Shown here piece by piece: positions 19,394-29,400 of a DNA stretch of 64,000 bases. The position numbers and the translations under genes are program-made. The stretch is from Tortispora ganteri (taxonomy: Eukaryota), in assembly GCA_003707115.1 (NCBI GenBank), contig PPNB01000001.1, positions 248,001-312,000 on the forward strand. The letters run 5' to 3'. Within the stretch, counting starts at the first letter, position 1. Every line of letters starts with the position of its first letter. Below the pieces are notes generated by a model. It was not told the origin of the DNA and did not search any database. It saw only the letters and a list, made by a program, of their open reading frames with translations.

Positions 19394-20770
19394 ATGACGA
19401 TTGAGGAAGAGCGGCCATTAAAGATCCAAAGGTTAGCGCAACCTGGATTGTCTTATACGGTGACTAGGCACTACTTAGGTGTACTGCCTGAAGGTAACCT
19501 CCTGCTGTCGGGCTTACCAAATCCCAGATCAACCTCTTTGGGTACGTTTTCAATACTTGGTGACGATACCATTTTATCGATTATTCAGCGATTAGATTGT
19601 CAGGATATATTGCGACTACAACAGACATCTAAGTATATGTATGCATTGTGCGATATGAACGAAGTGTGGAAACAACTTCTAATCGAAAGAGACGAGCCTA
19701 TCACGAAATGGTACGGATCATGGAAAGGCACAGCTCTGGGTAAATGGATCAGTTCAGGGGATGTCTCTGACAGATGCAAGGGTGTTTATTCGGATACAGT
19801 ATTTCGACCATATATGTGCAGTCAATATGAATTTGATCCTTTCAAGTACGAGGCCAGCTTTAACATACCCCGGATTGACTCTCTCACTAACGAAGAGTTC
19901 AACAATAAATGGTATGATCGACCACATATAGTCACAAGCTCGCTGCCAAATGAATGGACTCTTGATGATTTGGTTGCTAGATATGGTGATAGACTGTTTC
20001 GCGCAGAATGCTTTGACATCACGCTATCTGCCTATCAAGATTATATTAACAGCAACACAGATGAAAGTCCGCTATATTTGTTTGACAAGTCGTTCACCAA
20101 AGGGACAACACTAGGCGACGAATATAAAGTTGCCAGTGCGTTTGATGAAGATTTGTTCACAGTTCTTAAGGAAGAACGCCCCGATCACAGATGGCTCATC
20201 ATTGGCCCGCCACGAAGCGGGAGCACTTTCCACCAAGACCCGAACAATACTTGTGCATGGAACTTAACTATTACAGGGCATAAATATTGGATATTTTTTC
20301 CTCCTAGAGCTGTTCCGCCTGGTGTTCATGTAACTAAAGATAAAAGCGAGGTCACCGCACCGGTATCAATCCCAGAATGGATGACGAGTTTCTATTCTGA
20401 ATCAAGAAGAATGTCCTGTTTCATCCATGGAGTCAGTAAACCGGGTGATACAGTATATGTTCCGGCCGGGTGGTGGCACCTAGTGCTTAATATTGGTGAT
20501 AAGCCTACAATTGCAGTCACGCAAAATTTTGTGCCTAGGAGTCAAGTGAGGCCGGTGCTAAAATTCCTACGGGACAGGTCAGACCAAATATCTGGATTTA
20601 ACGATGATGCTAATTGCGCCAAAAATCTATACGAAATATTCAAAGATCGACTCACTAAAGAAGGGTATGGTGATATAGTGAAGCAAAGTGATCCAGAAAT
20701 GAGCTGGAATCACCTGACCGCAGATACAAATCAATTCACATTTAATTTTCATCAAGATTTGAATTCGTAA
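19394..20770 (+). CDS. F-box + JmjC (JMJD6-like) protein
   Basis: F-box-like LGDDTILSIIQRLD..LQQTSKYMY. JmjC motifs DESPLYLFD, RWLIIGPPRSGSTFHQDPN and VPAGWWHLVLN (HxD..H). Confidence 0.9.
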   Translation: MTIEEERPLKIQRLAQPGLSYTVTRHYLGVLPEGNLLLSGLPNPRSTSLGTFSILGDDTILSIIQRLDCQDILRLQQTSKYMYALCDMNEVWKQLLIERDEPITKWYGSWKGTALGKWISSGDVSDRCKGVYSDTVFRPYMCSQYEFDPFKYEASFNIPRIDSLTNEEFNNKWYDRPHIVTSSLPNEWTLDDLVARYGDRLFRAECFDITLSAYQDYINSNTDESPLYLFDKSFTKGTTLGDEYKVASAFDEDLFTVLKEERPDHRWLIIGPPRSGSTFHQDPNNTCAWNLTITGHKYWIFFPPRAVPPGVHVTKDKSEVTAPVSIPEWMTSFYSESRRMSCFIHGVSKPGDTVYVPAGWWHLVLNIGDKPTIAVTQNFVPRSQVRPVLKFLRDRSDQISGFNDDANCAKNLYEIFKDRLTKEGYGDIVKQSDPEMSWNHLTADTNQFTFNFHQDLNS

Positions 20771-21435
20771 ACACCGTTTCGAGTCTTCACGTCAACTGCG
20801 AATTGTTCGAGAACTTTGCCATCATAGGAAAGAGCAACGTTCATGACGTCGCCGTCTACGACTGGTCCGACGCCTTTTGGTGTGCCCGTGAGAACGACAT
20901 CATTAGGCTCAAGAGTCATGACAGCTGAGATAGCTGAGAGGAGTTTTGGGATAGGAAACAACATGAGATTTGTAAGATCGGATTGATGGACCTCTCCATT
21001 GACAGACAATTGAAGATGCACATTTTGGGGATCGGGAATAGAAGATTTCGGAATGGGTGGCGACATTGGAAGGAAAGTGTCGAAGCCTTTAGCGATCGAC
21101 CAAGGAAGCCCTTTCTTTTTAGCTTTCTCCTGTACGTTCCTCGCTGTCATATCTATAGCCAACGCATATTGACCGATTGAATCTAAGGCAGTTTGTGTAT
21201 CTTCCGGATCAAGATCGCAAAGTTTATTTCCCATTATTAATGCTAGCTCGACTTCATAATGAGCCGTGACACCTTTAGGAAGAAGCACTGGTCCCGTGTT
21301 CGGCAGGAGAATCGAAGATGGTGGTTTAAGAAAGAAGAACGGTTCGCTGGGTGTAGCATTGCCTAACTCTCTGATATGCTCAGCAAAGTTTCTGCCAATA
21401 CATATCACTTTACGGCAATTCTTATAGGCACTCAT
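20752..21435 (-). CDS. FMP41: Fumarylacetoacetate hydrolase family (Fmp41/FAHD1)
   Basis: CIGRNFAEH, FFLKPPSS, HYEVEL, IDMTAR, WSIAKGFDTF and VLTGTPKGVG. Conserved part begins at ATG 21435; the frame is open to an ATG at 21642. Confidence 0.9.
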   Translation of the reverse strand: MSAYKNCRKVICIGRNFAEHIRELGNATPSEPFFFLKPPSSILLPNTGPVLLPKGVTAHYEVELALIMGNKLCDLDPEDTQTALDSIGQYALAIDMTARNVQEKAKKKGLPWSIAKGFDTFLPMSPPIPKSSIPDPQNVHLQLSVNGEVHQSDLTNLMLFPIPKLLSAISAVMTLEPNDVVLTGTPKGVGPVVDGDVMNVALSYDGKVLEQFAVDVKTRNGVYEFKS

Positions 21436-21608
21436 GGCTTTAGTGCGGCTTAAAGAATGTCTGAACTGCGACGAAATTGAGGGATATTTGAATGCAATTG
21501 AATTTGATGTGGGGGACTGAACATGGGGTGGAGGGTAGTACCAGTGATAACTGAAGTAACCTTTAGACTGACTCAGTAAAATTAAGACTGCCTGGCAATT
21601 AATTAAGT

Positions 21609-21635
21609 TTCTGGAAAGTTCACAAAGACCACGTA
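21609..21635 (+). promoter_or_regulatory. Heat-shock element (TTCtgGAAagTTC) next to UPRE-2-like CCACGTA
   Basis: Three-unit HSE at 21609-21621 and CACGTA at 21630-21635, about 90-120 nt upstream of calnexin. Confidence 0.45.
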
Positions 21636-21726
21636 GCAACATTAATACGGTCTACATAAAAACGTATCCTGACTTCTACACTGCAACAGCTCCAAAACCA
21701 AGCCAGACAATTTCAATTTACGTAAA

Positions 21727-23496
21727 ATGCGTTCAGATATTATTCTTGCAGCTCTATCTGGTTTAGCGCTAGCGGCTGAAGAAATTAGCCAACTCGAGTT
21801 CAATCCACTGACTGATGTTAACGCTGTGCTGTTTGAACAATTCGACAACGGGTTTGGACGCTGGACTGTATCACAGGCTAAAAAATATGGAGAAGACGGA
21901 GAGTCAGAATTCTCTTATATTGGAGAATGGTCGATTGAGGAGCCCTATGTCCTTAATGTTGTGAAAGGTGAGAAAGGCCTGGTGGTTAAATCTCCTGCAG
22001 CACATCATGCCATATCCGCTCTTTTTGACGAACCTATCACAGACATTGGTGATGAATTAGTTATTCAGTATGAGGTCAAGCTACAAGATGGACTATCATG
22101 TGGAGGTGCTTATTTGAAGCTTCTTACTGAGAATGAAGCTTTACATAATGAAGATTTCTCTGACCGTACTGATTACCAAATTATGTTTGGTCCGGATCGA
22201 TGCGGCTCTACTAACAAGGTTCATTTCATTCTCAAACGGAAGAACCCATTTACAGGTGAATACGAAGAGAAGCATCTTGCCAATACTCCTGCTGTAAAGC
22301 TCGGTAGCGGCACTGCTCTATATACTCTTATTCTCAGAAAGGACCAGACCTACGAGATCAGAATAAATGGAGAAACTGTTCGTGGAGGATCTCTCCTTGA
22401 AGAAAATGTTTTCCGCCCTTCATTGAATCCTCCAAAGGAAATTCCTGACAAGGATGACGTCAAACCTGATGACTGGGTTGATGAACGTGAGATTCCTGAT
22501 CCTGAACAGACTGAACGTCCTGCCGACTGGGATGAATCTATTCCGAAAGAAATTCCTGATCCCGATATTGAGATGCCTGAAGGATGGCGCGAAGATCTTG
22601 AACTATATATTCCTGATCCTGATGCTGTTAAACCGGATTATTGGGACGAAGAAGAGGATGGAGAATGGGTCGCCCCCAGCATTATCAACCCTGAATGTCT
22701 TGAAGTCAGTGGTTGTGGTAAGTGGCAACCTCCTATGATGAAAAATCCTGAATATAGAGGTGAATGGCGTCAACCTATGGTTCCTAATCCTGACTACAAA
22801 GGACCATGGATACCGCGAAACGTTCCCAATCCTGATTACTATGAAGATTCCACCCCTGCCAATATTGATCCGGTAGGTGGTCTAGGATTCGAACTTTGGA
22901 CTATGCAGGCGGATATCATGTTTTCCAATATCTATGTCGGACACTCTGTCGAAGAGGCTGAACGTATTGGAAACTTGACTTTTGTTCCCAAACATGAAGC
23001 TGAGGAATTGGCCGAAAACAAGGAAAAGGAAAAGGAAGAGGTGGAATTCGAGAAGCGTCAAAAAGAAGATGGGTTCCAACTTGATGAGGAGCCAGAAATT
23101 CCTACTGAGCACATAAGTCTGCTTGATGAGATCCGCGCTGATCCCAAGAAGTATCTTACTACTAAGTTCCTCGACTTCTTCCATGAAGTTGAAAAGAACC
23201 CTGTTGATGCCATCAAGAAGTCACCTGAAATGATCGGCATCCTACTTGCGACGCTTTTTGTGATGTTCCTTATCCCTCGCATTCTTTTTGGTGGATCTTC
23301 TGCCGCTCCTGCTGCTGAAAAGGTCACTTCAATAAAGAAGGCCACTGAAAAGGCTGTCAATGCCCCCGTTGCTGAGGTCGTCGAAGACGACGACCAAGAA
23401 GATGAAGAAGAAGAAGAGGAAGCTGATGAAGAAGAAGAAGAAGAAGATAAACCAGCTGCCAAGTCGACTAGATCTAGCCGACGCAGAAAAGAGTAA
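21727..23496 (+). CDS. CNE1: Calnexin
   Basis: Signal peptide, [19 protein letters not shown]-domain repeats (IPDP..KPDDWDE), TM and acidic tail. Confidence 0.96.
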   Translation: MRSDIILAALSGLALAAEEISQLEFNPLTDVNAVLFEQFDNGFGRWTVSQAKKYGEDGESEFSYIGEWSIEEPYVLNVVKGEKGLVVKSPAAHHAISALFDEPITDIGDELVIQYEVKLQDGLSCGGAYLKLLTENEALHNEDFSDRTDYQIMFGPDRCGSTNKVHFILKRKNPFTGEYEEKHLANTPAVKLGSGTALYTLILRKDQTYEIRINGETVRGGSLLEENVFRPSLNPPKEIPDKDDVKPDDWVDEREIPDPEQTERPADWDESIPKEIPDPDIEMPEGWREDLELYIPDPDAVKPDYWDEEEDGEWVAPSIINPECLEVSGCGKWQPPMMKNPEYRGEWRQPMVPNPDYKGPWIPRNVPNPDYYEDSTPANIDPVGGLGFELWTMQADIMFSNIYVGHSVEEAERIGNLTFVPKHEAEELAENKEKEKEEVEFEKRQKEDGFQLDEEPEIPTEHISLLDEIRADPKKYLTTKFLDFFHEVEKNPVDAIKKSPEMIGILLATLFVMFLIPRILFGGSSAAPAAEKVTSIKKATEKAVNAPVAEVVEDDDQEDEEEEEEADEEEEEEDKPAAKSTRSSRRRKE

Positions 23497-23838
23497 ATAG
23501 TTACTGCTCGAATAAATAATGTTCTCAAAATCATTTATTGAGACATTGCAATCAGAATGAAAATAAGTATATAGAACATACATGTACCAAGAGTCGACGT
23601 AGCATCATCGCATTCATTGACCAAATTGGCGTCACAATGGAATTGTAATTTCTCTCGCTTTCAGGCATTAAAGCGTTTAGGCAAGTAGGTGCAGCGTGGA
23701 TTTTTGGAAATATTATATATTCTTACAAAACGCGAAAATACCGATGTTACAAAATTAGAAGCTTTGGGGTTAAGGGTTTGTGCTTACTATACTATGCTAG
23801 TAGCACACTCGTTTGCACCTTTACATACGCAGATTATA

Positions 23839-24148
23839 ATGAGCGGGTAAGTATAACAGGAAAAGCTGTGAAATCGGAGTAAACGATGAACAATTGAAAG
23901 AATTAATGCTAACAATATGTAGCTGGGCCGTATTTTGGGCATTTATTGCGGTCGTTGGAGCATCTGTTGCAGCATGGTTTTTATCGCCGAAGGAGAATAA
24001 TCCTACCTTATGGCGGAGCAGTATAATTCTTACCTTAGCTATGTGTTACCTCTTGTGGGCAATCACATATTTAGCGCAATTACATCCGCTAGTAGCACCT
24101 AAAAGGTCTGATTTACGTCCAGAATTTTCTGAACCAGAATTAATTTAG
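23839..24148 (+). CDS. VMA9: V-ATPase V0 subunit e; two exons (23839-23846, 23923-24148)
   Basis: ATGAGCGG|GTAAGT..TGCTAAC..TAG|CTGG splices in frame to MSGWAVFWAF...; WRSSIILTLAMCYLLWAITYLAQLHPL motif. Confidence 0.92.
23847..23922 (+). other. Spliceosomal intron (76 nt) in VMA9
   Basis: 5'ss GTAAGT, branch TGCTAAC at 23907-23913, 3'ss TAG at 23920-23922. Confidence 0.9.
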
Positions 24149-24242
24149 AGGCTATTTGTACCAACTAAATGGTTCACATTGGTACTTTTCTACATACACT
24201 TTTTCCAACTTCCATTTTTCTTCTTTTGAGTGACGTATTTAT

Positions 24243-24872
24243 TTAATTTCTTAATTGCAACTCAAACAAGTATTCTATACTTTCCATGTAGATTTTGGCA
24301 TCTATGAGATTTCTTGCGAACACGAAGATTCCGTGGTTCTTCACGAGTACCATTTTGACATTTTCTGAGGGGTGATGGTCGGGTAAAGCCGCGGCTTGCA
24401 AGATAGGATCAACTAAATCTTGCTCAGTAGGCTTGTTATCAATAATTGGTACAACAAGATAGCTCGTATTAGGTATGCCGAAAGCCTTTATCTGCTCGTA
24501 ATCTTTTACGCCAAAATGTGACTGGCGATGTTCGTCACTAACAGCTAGTTTGTTGGCCGCAAGAACGGAATTAATAGAGTGTGTATGTATAAAGGCCTTC
24601 AACGAAGGATATTGTTTCCATATATAGGCAAATATAGGCAGACAAGCAGACGGTCGGCATGGGTGTGCATTCAAGGGGTTCATCTCATGATCACAGTCTA
24701 CTAGGTGACTTGGCTTGAGCATGTCTTTCGGCAGTCCCGTAGGCGTAATAGTAATCGACTCCTCATTTATTACACCCATAGCTCCACCGCTGCCCACAGC
24801 GTATCCTCGACGATGGAACTCCTTAAAAAAATCAACGATTAGTGCTTTGGGGTCACTGCAGAGTTCTTCCAT
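24243..24872 (-). CDS. MDE1: Methylthioribulose-1-phosphate dehydratase (class II aldolase fold)
   Basis: GSGG, ITPTG, PSACLPIF, IHTHS, YEQIKA, VPIIDN, VKNHGIFV and ESIEYLFE. Start at 24872 (alternative ATG 24914). Confidence 0.85.
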   Translation of the reverse strand: MEELCSDPKALIVDFFKEFHRRGYAVGSGGAMGVINEESITITPTGLPKDMLKPSHLVDCDHEMNPLNAHPCRPSACLPIFAYIWKQYPSLKAFIHTHSINSVLAANKLAVSDEHRQSHFGVKDYEQIKAFGIPNTSYLVVPIIDNKPTEQDLVDPILQAAALPDHHPSENVKMVLVKNHGIFVFARNLIDAKIYMESIEYLFELQLRN

Positions 24873-24951
24873 GGTGGGAGATCGAAAGGTGTAAGATATT
24901 ACAGAACAACTCATATACGGCCATTCAGTTGTACAGATGGAGCATTCTACA

Positions 24952-25181
24952 TCACTAAAGGTTCCTACTCACCTATACACATAGCACTATCCATGTTGGT
25001 TTATACAAGTAAGTATTCGATGTGTTATAAATTCTCACAAATACAATTATATTGTGAAGCACGACAACAGTAGACTTTCGACCGAAGAATGGACAACGGT
25101 TCCTATTTAGGAAATCAGTTATATACGAAAATAAAGTTCAGAAACTATCACTGATCCCAAATTCTGAGCAACCTTGGTGGC
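24952..25181. promoter_or_regulatory. Two ZRE-like elements: TCACTAAAGGT (24952-24962) and ACCTTGGTGGC (25171-25181)
   Basis: Each carries the ACCTT/AAGGT half-site of the Zap1 element ACCTTNAAGGT and lies upstream of the ZAP1-like gene. Confidence 0.45.
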
Positions 25182-25356
25182 TATCTCATCTTATTGTCTA
25201 GCATTCATTGGCTTTCCGCTTTACTTTCTTAAAGAACTTTTTCTCTTGGGGTTTTCTGCTGAAAAGTGACTCGGAGTTATTTGTGCCGTCTGTTAAAGCA
25301 ATCTATTTGCTAAGTTTTGTCGTTTTGAAGTTCCCAGGTTTGTTTCCACTACATAA

Positions 25357-26625
25357 ATGTTTGAATCAGATTCGATCTGCAATATGCTTTCCTCTGCCGC
25401 TGCCGATTACAATGACGACAACAACTCTAATAGAGCCATAGATTACAGTTCTAATTCTTGCTGCAGCTCTCATCAGCCTTGTGCTGAATGCTCGGATGTA
25501 GATTCCTGTAGTTCTTCTTGTGAATTGTCGCGACCTTGCTCCCCCGGTCCACAGTGCACAAACGACCCTTTTGTACCATGTTGGACCGGAGCTCCTATCC
25601 CGCCTGTTTCTAATGACTACTGGACAAACTGCGAAGCGATGAATTACGTCTCGGATAGCTCTATCAACTATACAAAACACATCAAGCCTGAGTCTGCCCA
25701 CTCTCATGCCCTCCCCGATTCAGAAAATAAGAATAGTAACCACTATCACTGCCACTGGAACGACTGCGATGATATCTACTATGACCTCTCAGAGCTCGAT
25801 TCACATCTGCACTCTCAACACGTTTATCCTAGACAGTCTTCGAACTTAATGGAGCACTGCGAATGGGATGCATGCCATTTTGAGGCTTCGAATTCGGAAT
25901 CGCTCTGGGACCATTTCTACCAAGAGCATTTCAAAGACACTACACAGTTTCTGTGCAACACTGAAATCTCAAAATCTTCTATGAGCGAAACAGAAGAATC
26001 TGACTCTCTACAGTGCAAATGGACTGCAGAAAATGGTCAAATTTGTGGACTCTTATTCGACAGTGCCTGTGCTTTAAATAAACATATTATGGAACATACT
26101 CAAGCAAAGTCTAGAAACTACGTCTGCCGTTGGCACGGATGTACGAGACATACACCCTTCGTTCAAAGAGCAAAATTATTGCGACACATGGTCACTCATA
26201 CTGGCTATAAACCACACAAATGTCATATTTGTAATAAATGTTTTTCCGAAGAAACTGCTTTGAAACAACATCTCAGAGTACATTCCGGTGAGAAGCCCTA
26301 CAGTTGTCAAGTTTGTGGAAAACGCTTTGCTGCTTCAACAGCACTAACTGTACACTTAAGGACACATACTGGTGAAAAACCGCTTAAATGCAAATGGCCA
26401 GGTTGCAACAAAGCATTCTCTGAATCAAGCAACCTAGCAAAGCATATGAGGACTCATATGGCACACGCTTCTTTCAAATGTCCGTACCCGGGATGCTCAA
26501 AAAAGTATTTGAAACAGGAGGCATTAATAAAGCATATGATGACACATGAAAATTCTGAGTCTTCTCTGCCTGTTGCTGAAACAAACGTTGCTGTACCTAC
26601 TGGATATGCTGCTCTAGGTATTTGA
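25357..26625 (+). CDS. ZAP1: C2H2 zinc-finger transcription factor, Zap1/ZafA-like
   Basis: Cys/His-rich N-terminus, tandem CxW fingers (CHWNDC, CEWDAC) and a C-terminal finger array ending FSESSNLAKHMRTH. Confidence 0.8.
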   Translation: MFESDSICNMLSSAAADYNDDNNSNRAIDYSSNSCCSSHQPCAECSDVDSCSSSCELSRPCSPGPQCTNDPFVPCWTGAPIPPVSNDYWTNCEAMNYVSDSSINYTKHIKPESAHSHALPDSENKNSNHYHCHWNDCDDIYYDLSELDSHLHSQHVYPRQSSNLMEHCEWDACHFEASNSESLWDHFYQEHFKDTTQFLCNTEISKSSMSETEESDSLQCKWTAENGQICGLLFDSACALNKHIMEHTQAKSRNYVCRWHGCTRHTPFVQRAKLLRHMVTHTGYKPHKCHICNKCFSEETALKQHLRVHSGEKPYSCQVCGKRFAASTALTVHLRTHTGEKPLKCKWPGCNKAFSESSNLAKHMRTHMAHASFKCPYPGCSKKYLKQEALIKHMMTHENSESSLPVAETNVAVPTGYAALGI

Positions 26626-26772
26626 ATCATTAAAGACTTTAAAGCCAAGTTCATAGCAATGTCAGAAATGAATATCTCTAAAGTCTATAACGAACATTAT
26701 AAGCTTATCCCTTTACTTTTTGGTATAGCGTACCAAATTCCCATCTGTATGAATATTCATTTGCGTCCTTCC

Positions 26773-27654
26773 TCACTTTCTGTAAAGAATAATTTCGCTT
26801 TGCTTGAAGTACCTCCTAGAGTCTTCGTCAATCAGAACTAAAGAAAGAAAAGTGCGCGTAGAAAATTTCTTATTGACATCTCTAAAGGTCGGGGTTAAAT
26901 CAAATCCGCCGAGGAATAAGCGTATCGGTATAGTTTCTCCTCTCACAGGAGCGCCGTCCATAATTTCAAAGCGCACAAGAGTTTCTGATTCATTATATTG
27001 GTTCGGAGGAGTGCCAGTGGTTTCTCGTCGGATCAAAGACAGCTCCATGTGTTTGATTTTCAGTCTGACAAGGAAAAAATATATCCTTCCAACGATAACG
27101 TCTTTAAGATGGTATCGCGACTTAGAATACTCGAAGTCAATGTGCAGACAGTCCTCAATTCCGACATCCATTTTAATGCTATTCGATGTGTCTGGAGGCA
27201 CTCGGTAGGAATATACCCACAAGTCCTTCTCCTTCACTATATCGTTCATTCTCCTGGATACAGTAACTTTTAAATAGTATCTGAGTCTAACGTTTATCCC
27301 ATTGTAGCTCTCATATTGCTTCTCAACATTTTTGAACTCAAAATCATAAGTTTCAGGGTGACGCAGCTCTGCGGGTGCAGCAAGTTCCTGTGCTAGCGAC
27401 AGAAACTCATCATGGTTAGCCCTATCAACGTATATTTCTATAACTCCAATGAACTGCACCTTAATGCCTAAATGTTCAAGTCGCTTTCCGTCCCTTGGGC
27501 GAACTGTAACCGTTCCTTTGACACTATCGCCATCAAGGTAGAGAGGCAGTTTTTCAGTATTGCCTTTATCAGTTTTTACTTCAACGTGCTTCCGGTTGTC
27601 TTCTCCATCCAAGCGGATGTCTATGTCCAGAGGTGATTTGAAGAACAGGGCCAT
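26773..27654 (-). CDS. PEP8: Retromer subunit Vps26
   Basis: KRLEHLGIKVQFIG, IKMDVGIEDCLHIDFEY and FEIMDGAPVRGETIPIRLFL. First ATG at 27654. Confidence 0.95.
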   Translation of the reverse strand: MALFFKSPLDIDIRLDGEDNRKHVEVKTDKGNTEKLPLYLDGDSVKGTVTVRPRDGKRLEHLGIKVQFIGVIEIYVDRANHDEFLSLAQELAAPAELRHPETYDFEFKNVEKQYESYNGINVRLRYYLKVTVSRRMNDIVKEKDLWVYSYRVPPDTSNSIKMDVGIEDCLHIDFEYSKSRYHLKDVIVGRIYFFLVRLKIKHMELSLIRRETTGTPPNQYNESETLVRFEIMDGAPVRGETIPIRLFLGGFDLTPTFRDVNKKFSTRTFLSLVLIDEDSRRYFKQSEIILYRK

Positions 27655-27840
27655 TGGCTGGTGTTTTAGTGTATTGTTTAAGAGAGTGTATGTGTGGTAG
27701 ACGCGGGGGGTTCCGGGTTTGATGATTATTCGCCCACCCGCTAAATATGACAATGTGTTACTTTCCCGACCAACGGCGCAACGGACGTAAGCCACCGTCT
27801 TTTATCTCATATGTCGATATAATTTTGAATCTCAGCATAG

Positions 27841-29328
27841 ATGACTCCATCGAAGATTCGAATTCAATTGAAAGAGAATAAAAAGGTATGGACATGTGGT
27901 GACATAATGGAAGGGCGAGTTCTGCTGGTGCTTAATGAACAGACAGAAATAGCTAGAGTTTCAATCAAACTAGAGGCTGAATGCAAGACCACAATTCATC
28001 AAGCTAGACACAAACTTGAATACTCGATTTCTTCCTCTCGCAATCAAAAAAATAAACAAAAAAGAGAAGCGCGTGAGCTGCATAGGTTTGTGTATGAGTC
28101 GCAACAACTATTTCCAACACCAGATCTCATAACTGATAATTTCAGGGGCTCATCGTCAGGATTCAAACTGCCAGTTGGTGAGTATTCTTATGATTTTTCA
28201 ATTAGAATTCCTTGGAATACTGACTGCAGTAATGACCATGGTCTGTTTAACCGATTTATGACTCATGTCGGCACTGATCATATGGAAACCATATTACCGC
28301 CAACTTTACAAGACACCCCAAATTCTCAGATAAATTATTATCTCAAAGCTACCGCTAGTCGCCCCAGATTCTTGCAGATTTCGCTTCGAGGTTATCATCC
28401 TTTTAAGTTCTCGCCTCCTGATATAATAGATGAACCACGAGAAAACACACATATGGCATTTCATCATAATTTTGATCTGCCCTTTGCCCCTTCCTTTCGT
28501 TCTAATATTAAGAGAATGTTCTTCATGGAACGAAACGACCAAAATAACCCTGTCGATTATCATGTTAAGGTTACTCTTCCGGATCCACCAAAATTTGTCG
28601 TCGGAAAGCCATTGCCTGCTATGGTCATCCAAGTGATACCCTCAGCTGAAGCGCTCTTATCATCAGGTCAATTAACAGTCAAATCATTCTCTATGGATCT
28701 TTTTGCAATGAATGAAGTACAGGCAGATGGATACGCTGAAAATGTGCTTTATGAAGTCTCACTACTTAAAATGGCTAATATATCTTCAGCTCTTTACAGG
28801 GTCGCTTCTGATGAACCCAATGCTCTGCGAGTTCCTACACTGTGGAGACATACAACATTGAAAGAAGTTCCTTGCTCTTTTAAATGTTGTTCTGTTTCAA
28901 GAAAATACGTCCTGAGAATAAGTCTCGGGATTACCTCTAATGTTAAGAATGCTCCTTATTGTCTAAAGATCAATATTCCAATATTTGTCGCACCTAGTAT
29001 ACCACCTTCTTCTCAGAATACTACTCTAAACTCATACATGAATCAGTTGGAGCCTTACACTTGTACTCGACTAAATTACAAAAATGAAAGCAAGGATCCA
29101 TTCTTCAAGATGATCCCCGCACATTCAGAAGTTTGCTCGGGGCCTCCGCCCAAACCGTTCTCCCCTCTGGTCGACAACTATATCCCTCAAATCTCTACGA
29201 ATTTCGCTCAGCACGACAGTGGTCCAACGCCTGACTCTTCTCGTATAGACATGTCAGAAGAGCTACCTTCCTACGGTGAAATTGGATCTACAAGAGTAAT
29301 TTCGTATAGAAACAAGGAATCATCCTGA
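27841..29328 (+). CDS. Alpha-arrestin (Art10-like) ubiquitin-ligase adaptor
   Basis: Arrestin-N pattern (GDIMEGRVLL, LPVGEYSYDFSIRIP, LPPTL, INYYLKATASRP), CSVSRKYVLRISLG and a C-terminal LPSY motif. Confidence 0.78.
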   Translation: MTPSKIRIQLKENKKVWTCGDIMEGRVLLVLNEQTEIARVSIKLEAECKTTIHQARHKLEYSISSSRNQKNKQKREARELHRFVYESQQLFPTPDLITDNFRGSSSGFKLPVGEYSYDFSIRIPWNTDCSNDHGLFNRFMTHVGTDHMETILPPTLQDTPNSQINYYLKATASRPRFLQISLRGYHPFKFSPPDIIDEPRENTHMAFHHNFDLPFAPSFRSNIKRMFFMERNDQNNPVDYHVKVTLPDPPKFVVGKPLPAMVIQVIPSAEALLSSGQLTVKSFSMDLFAMNEVQADGYAENVLYEVSLLKMANISSALYRVASDEPNALRVPTLWRHTTLKEVPCSFKCCSVSRKYVLRISLGITSNVKNAPYCLKINIPIFVAPSIPPSSQNTTLNSYMNQLEPYTCTRLNYKNESKDPFFKMIPAHSEVCSGPPPKPFSPLVDNYIPQISTNFAQHDSGPTPDSSRIDMSEELPSYGEIGSTRVISYRNKESS

Positions 29329-29400
29329 TCTTTGAGAAAAATCAGAGCCCTTTCTTTATTTGTAAAGAATAACAATTCATTAATTCAGTCATAGATAACT

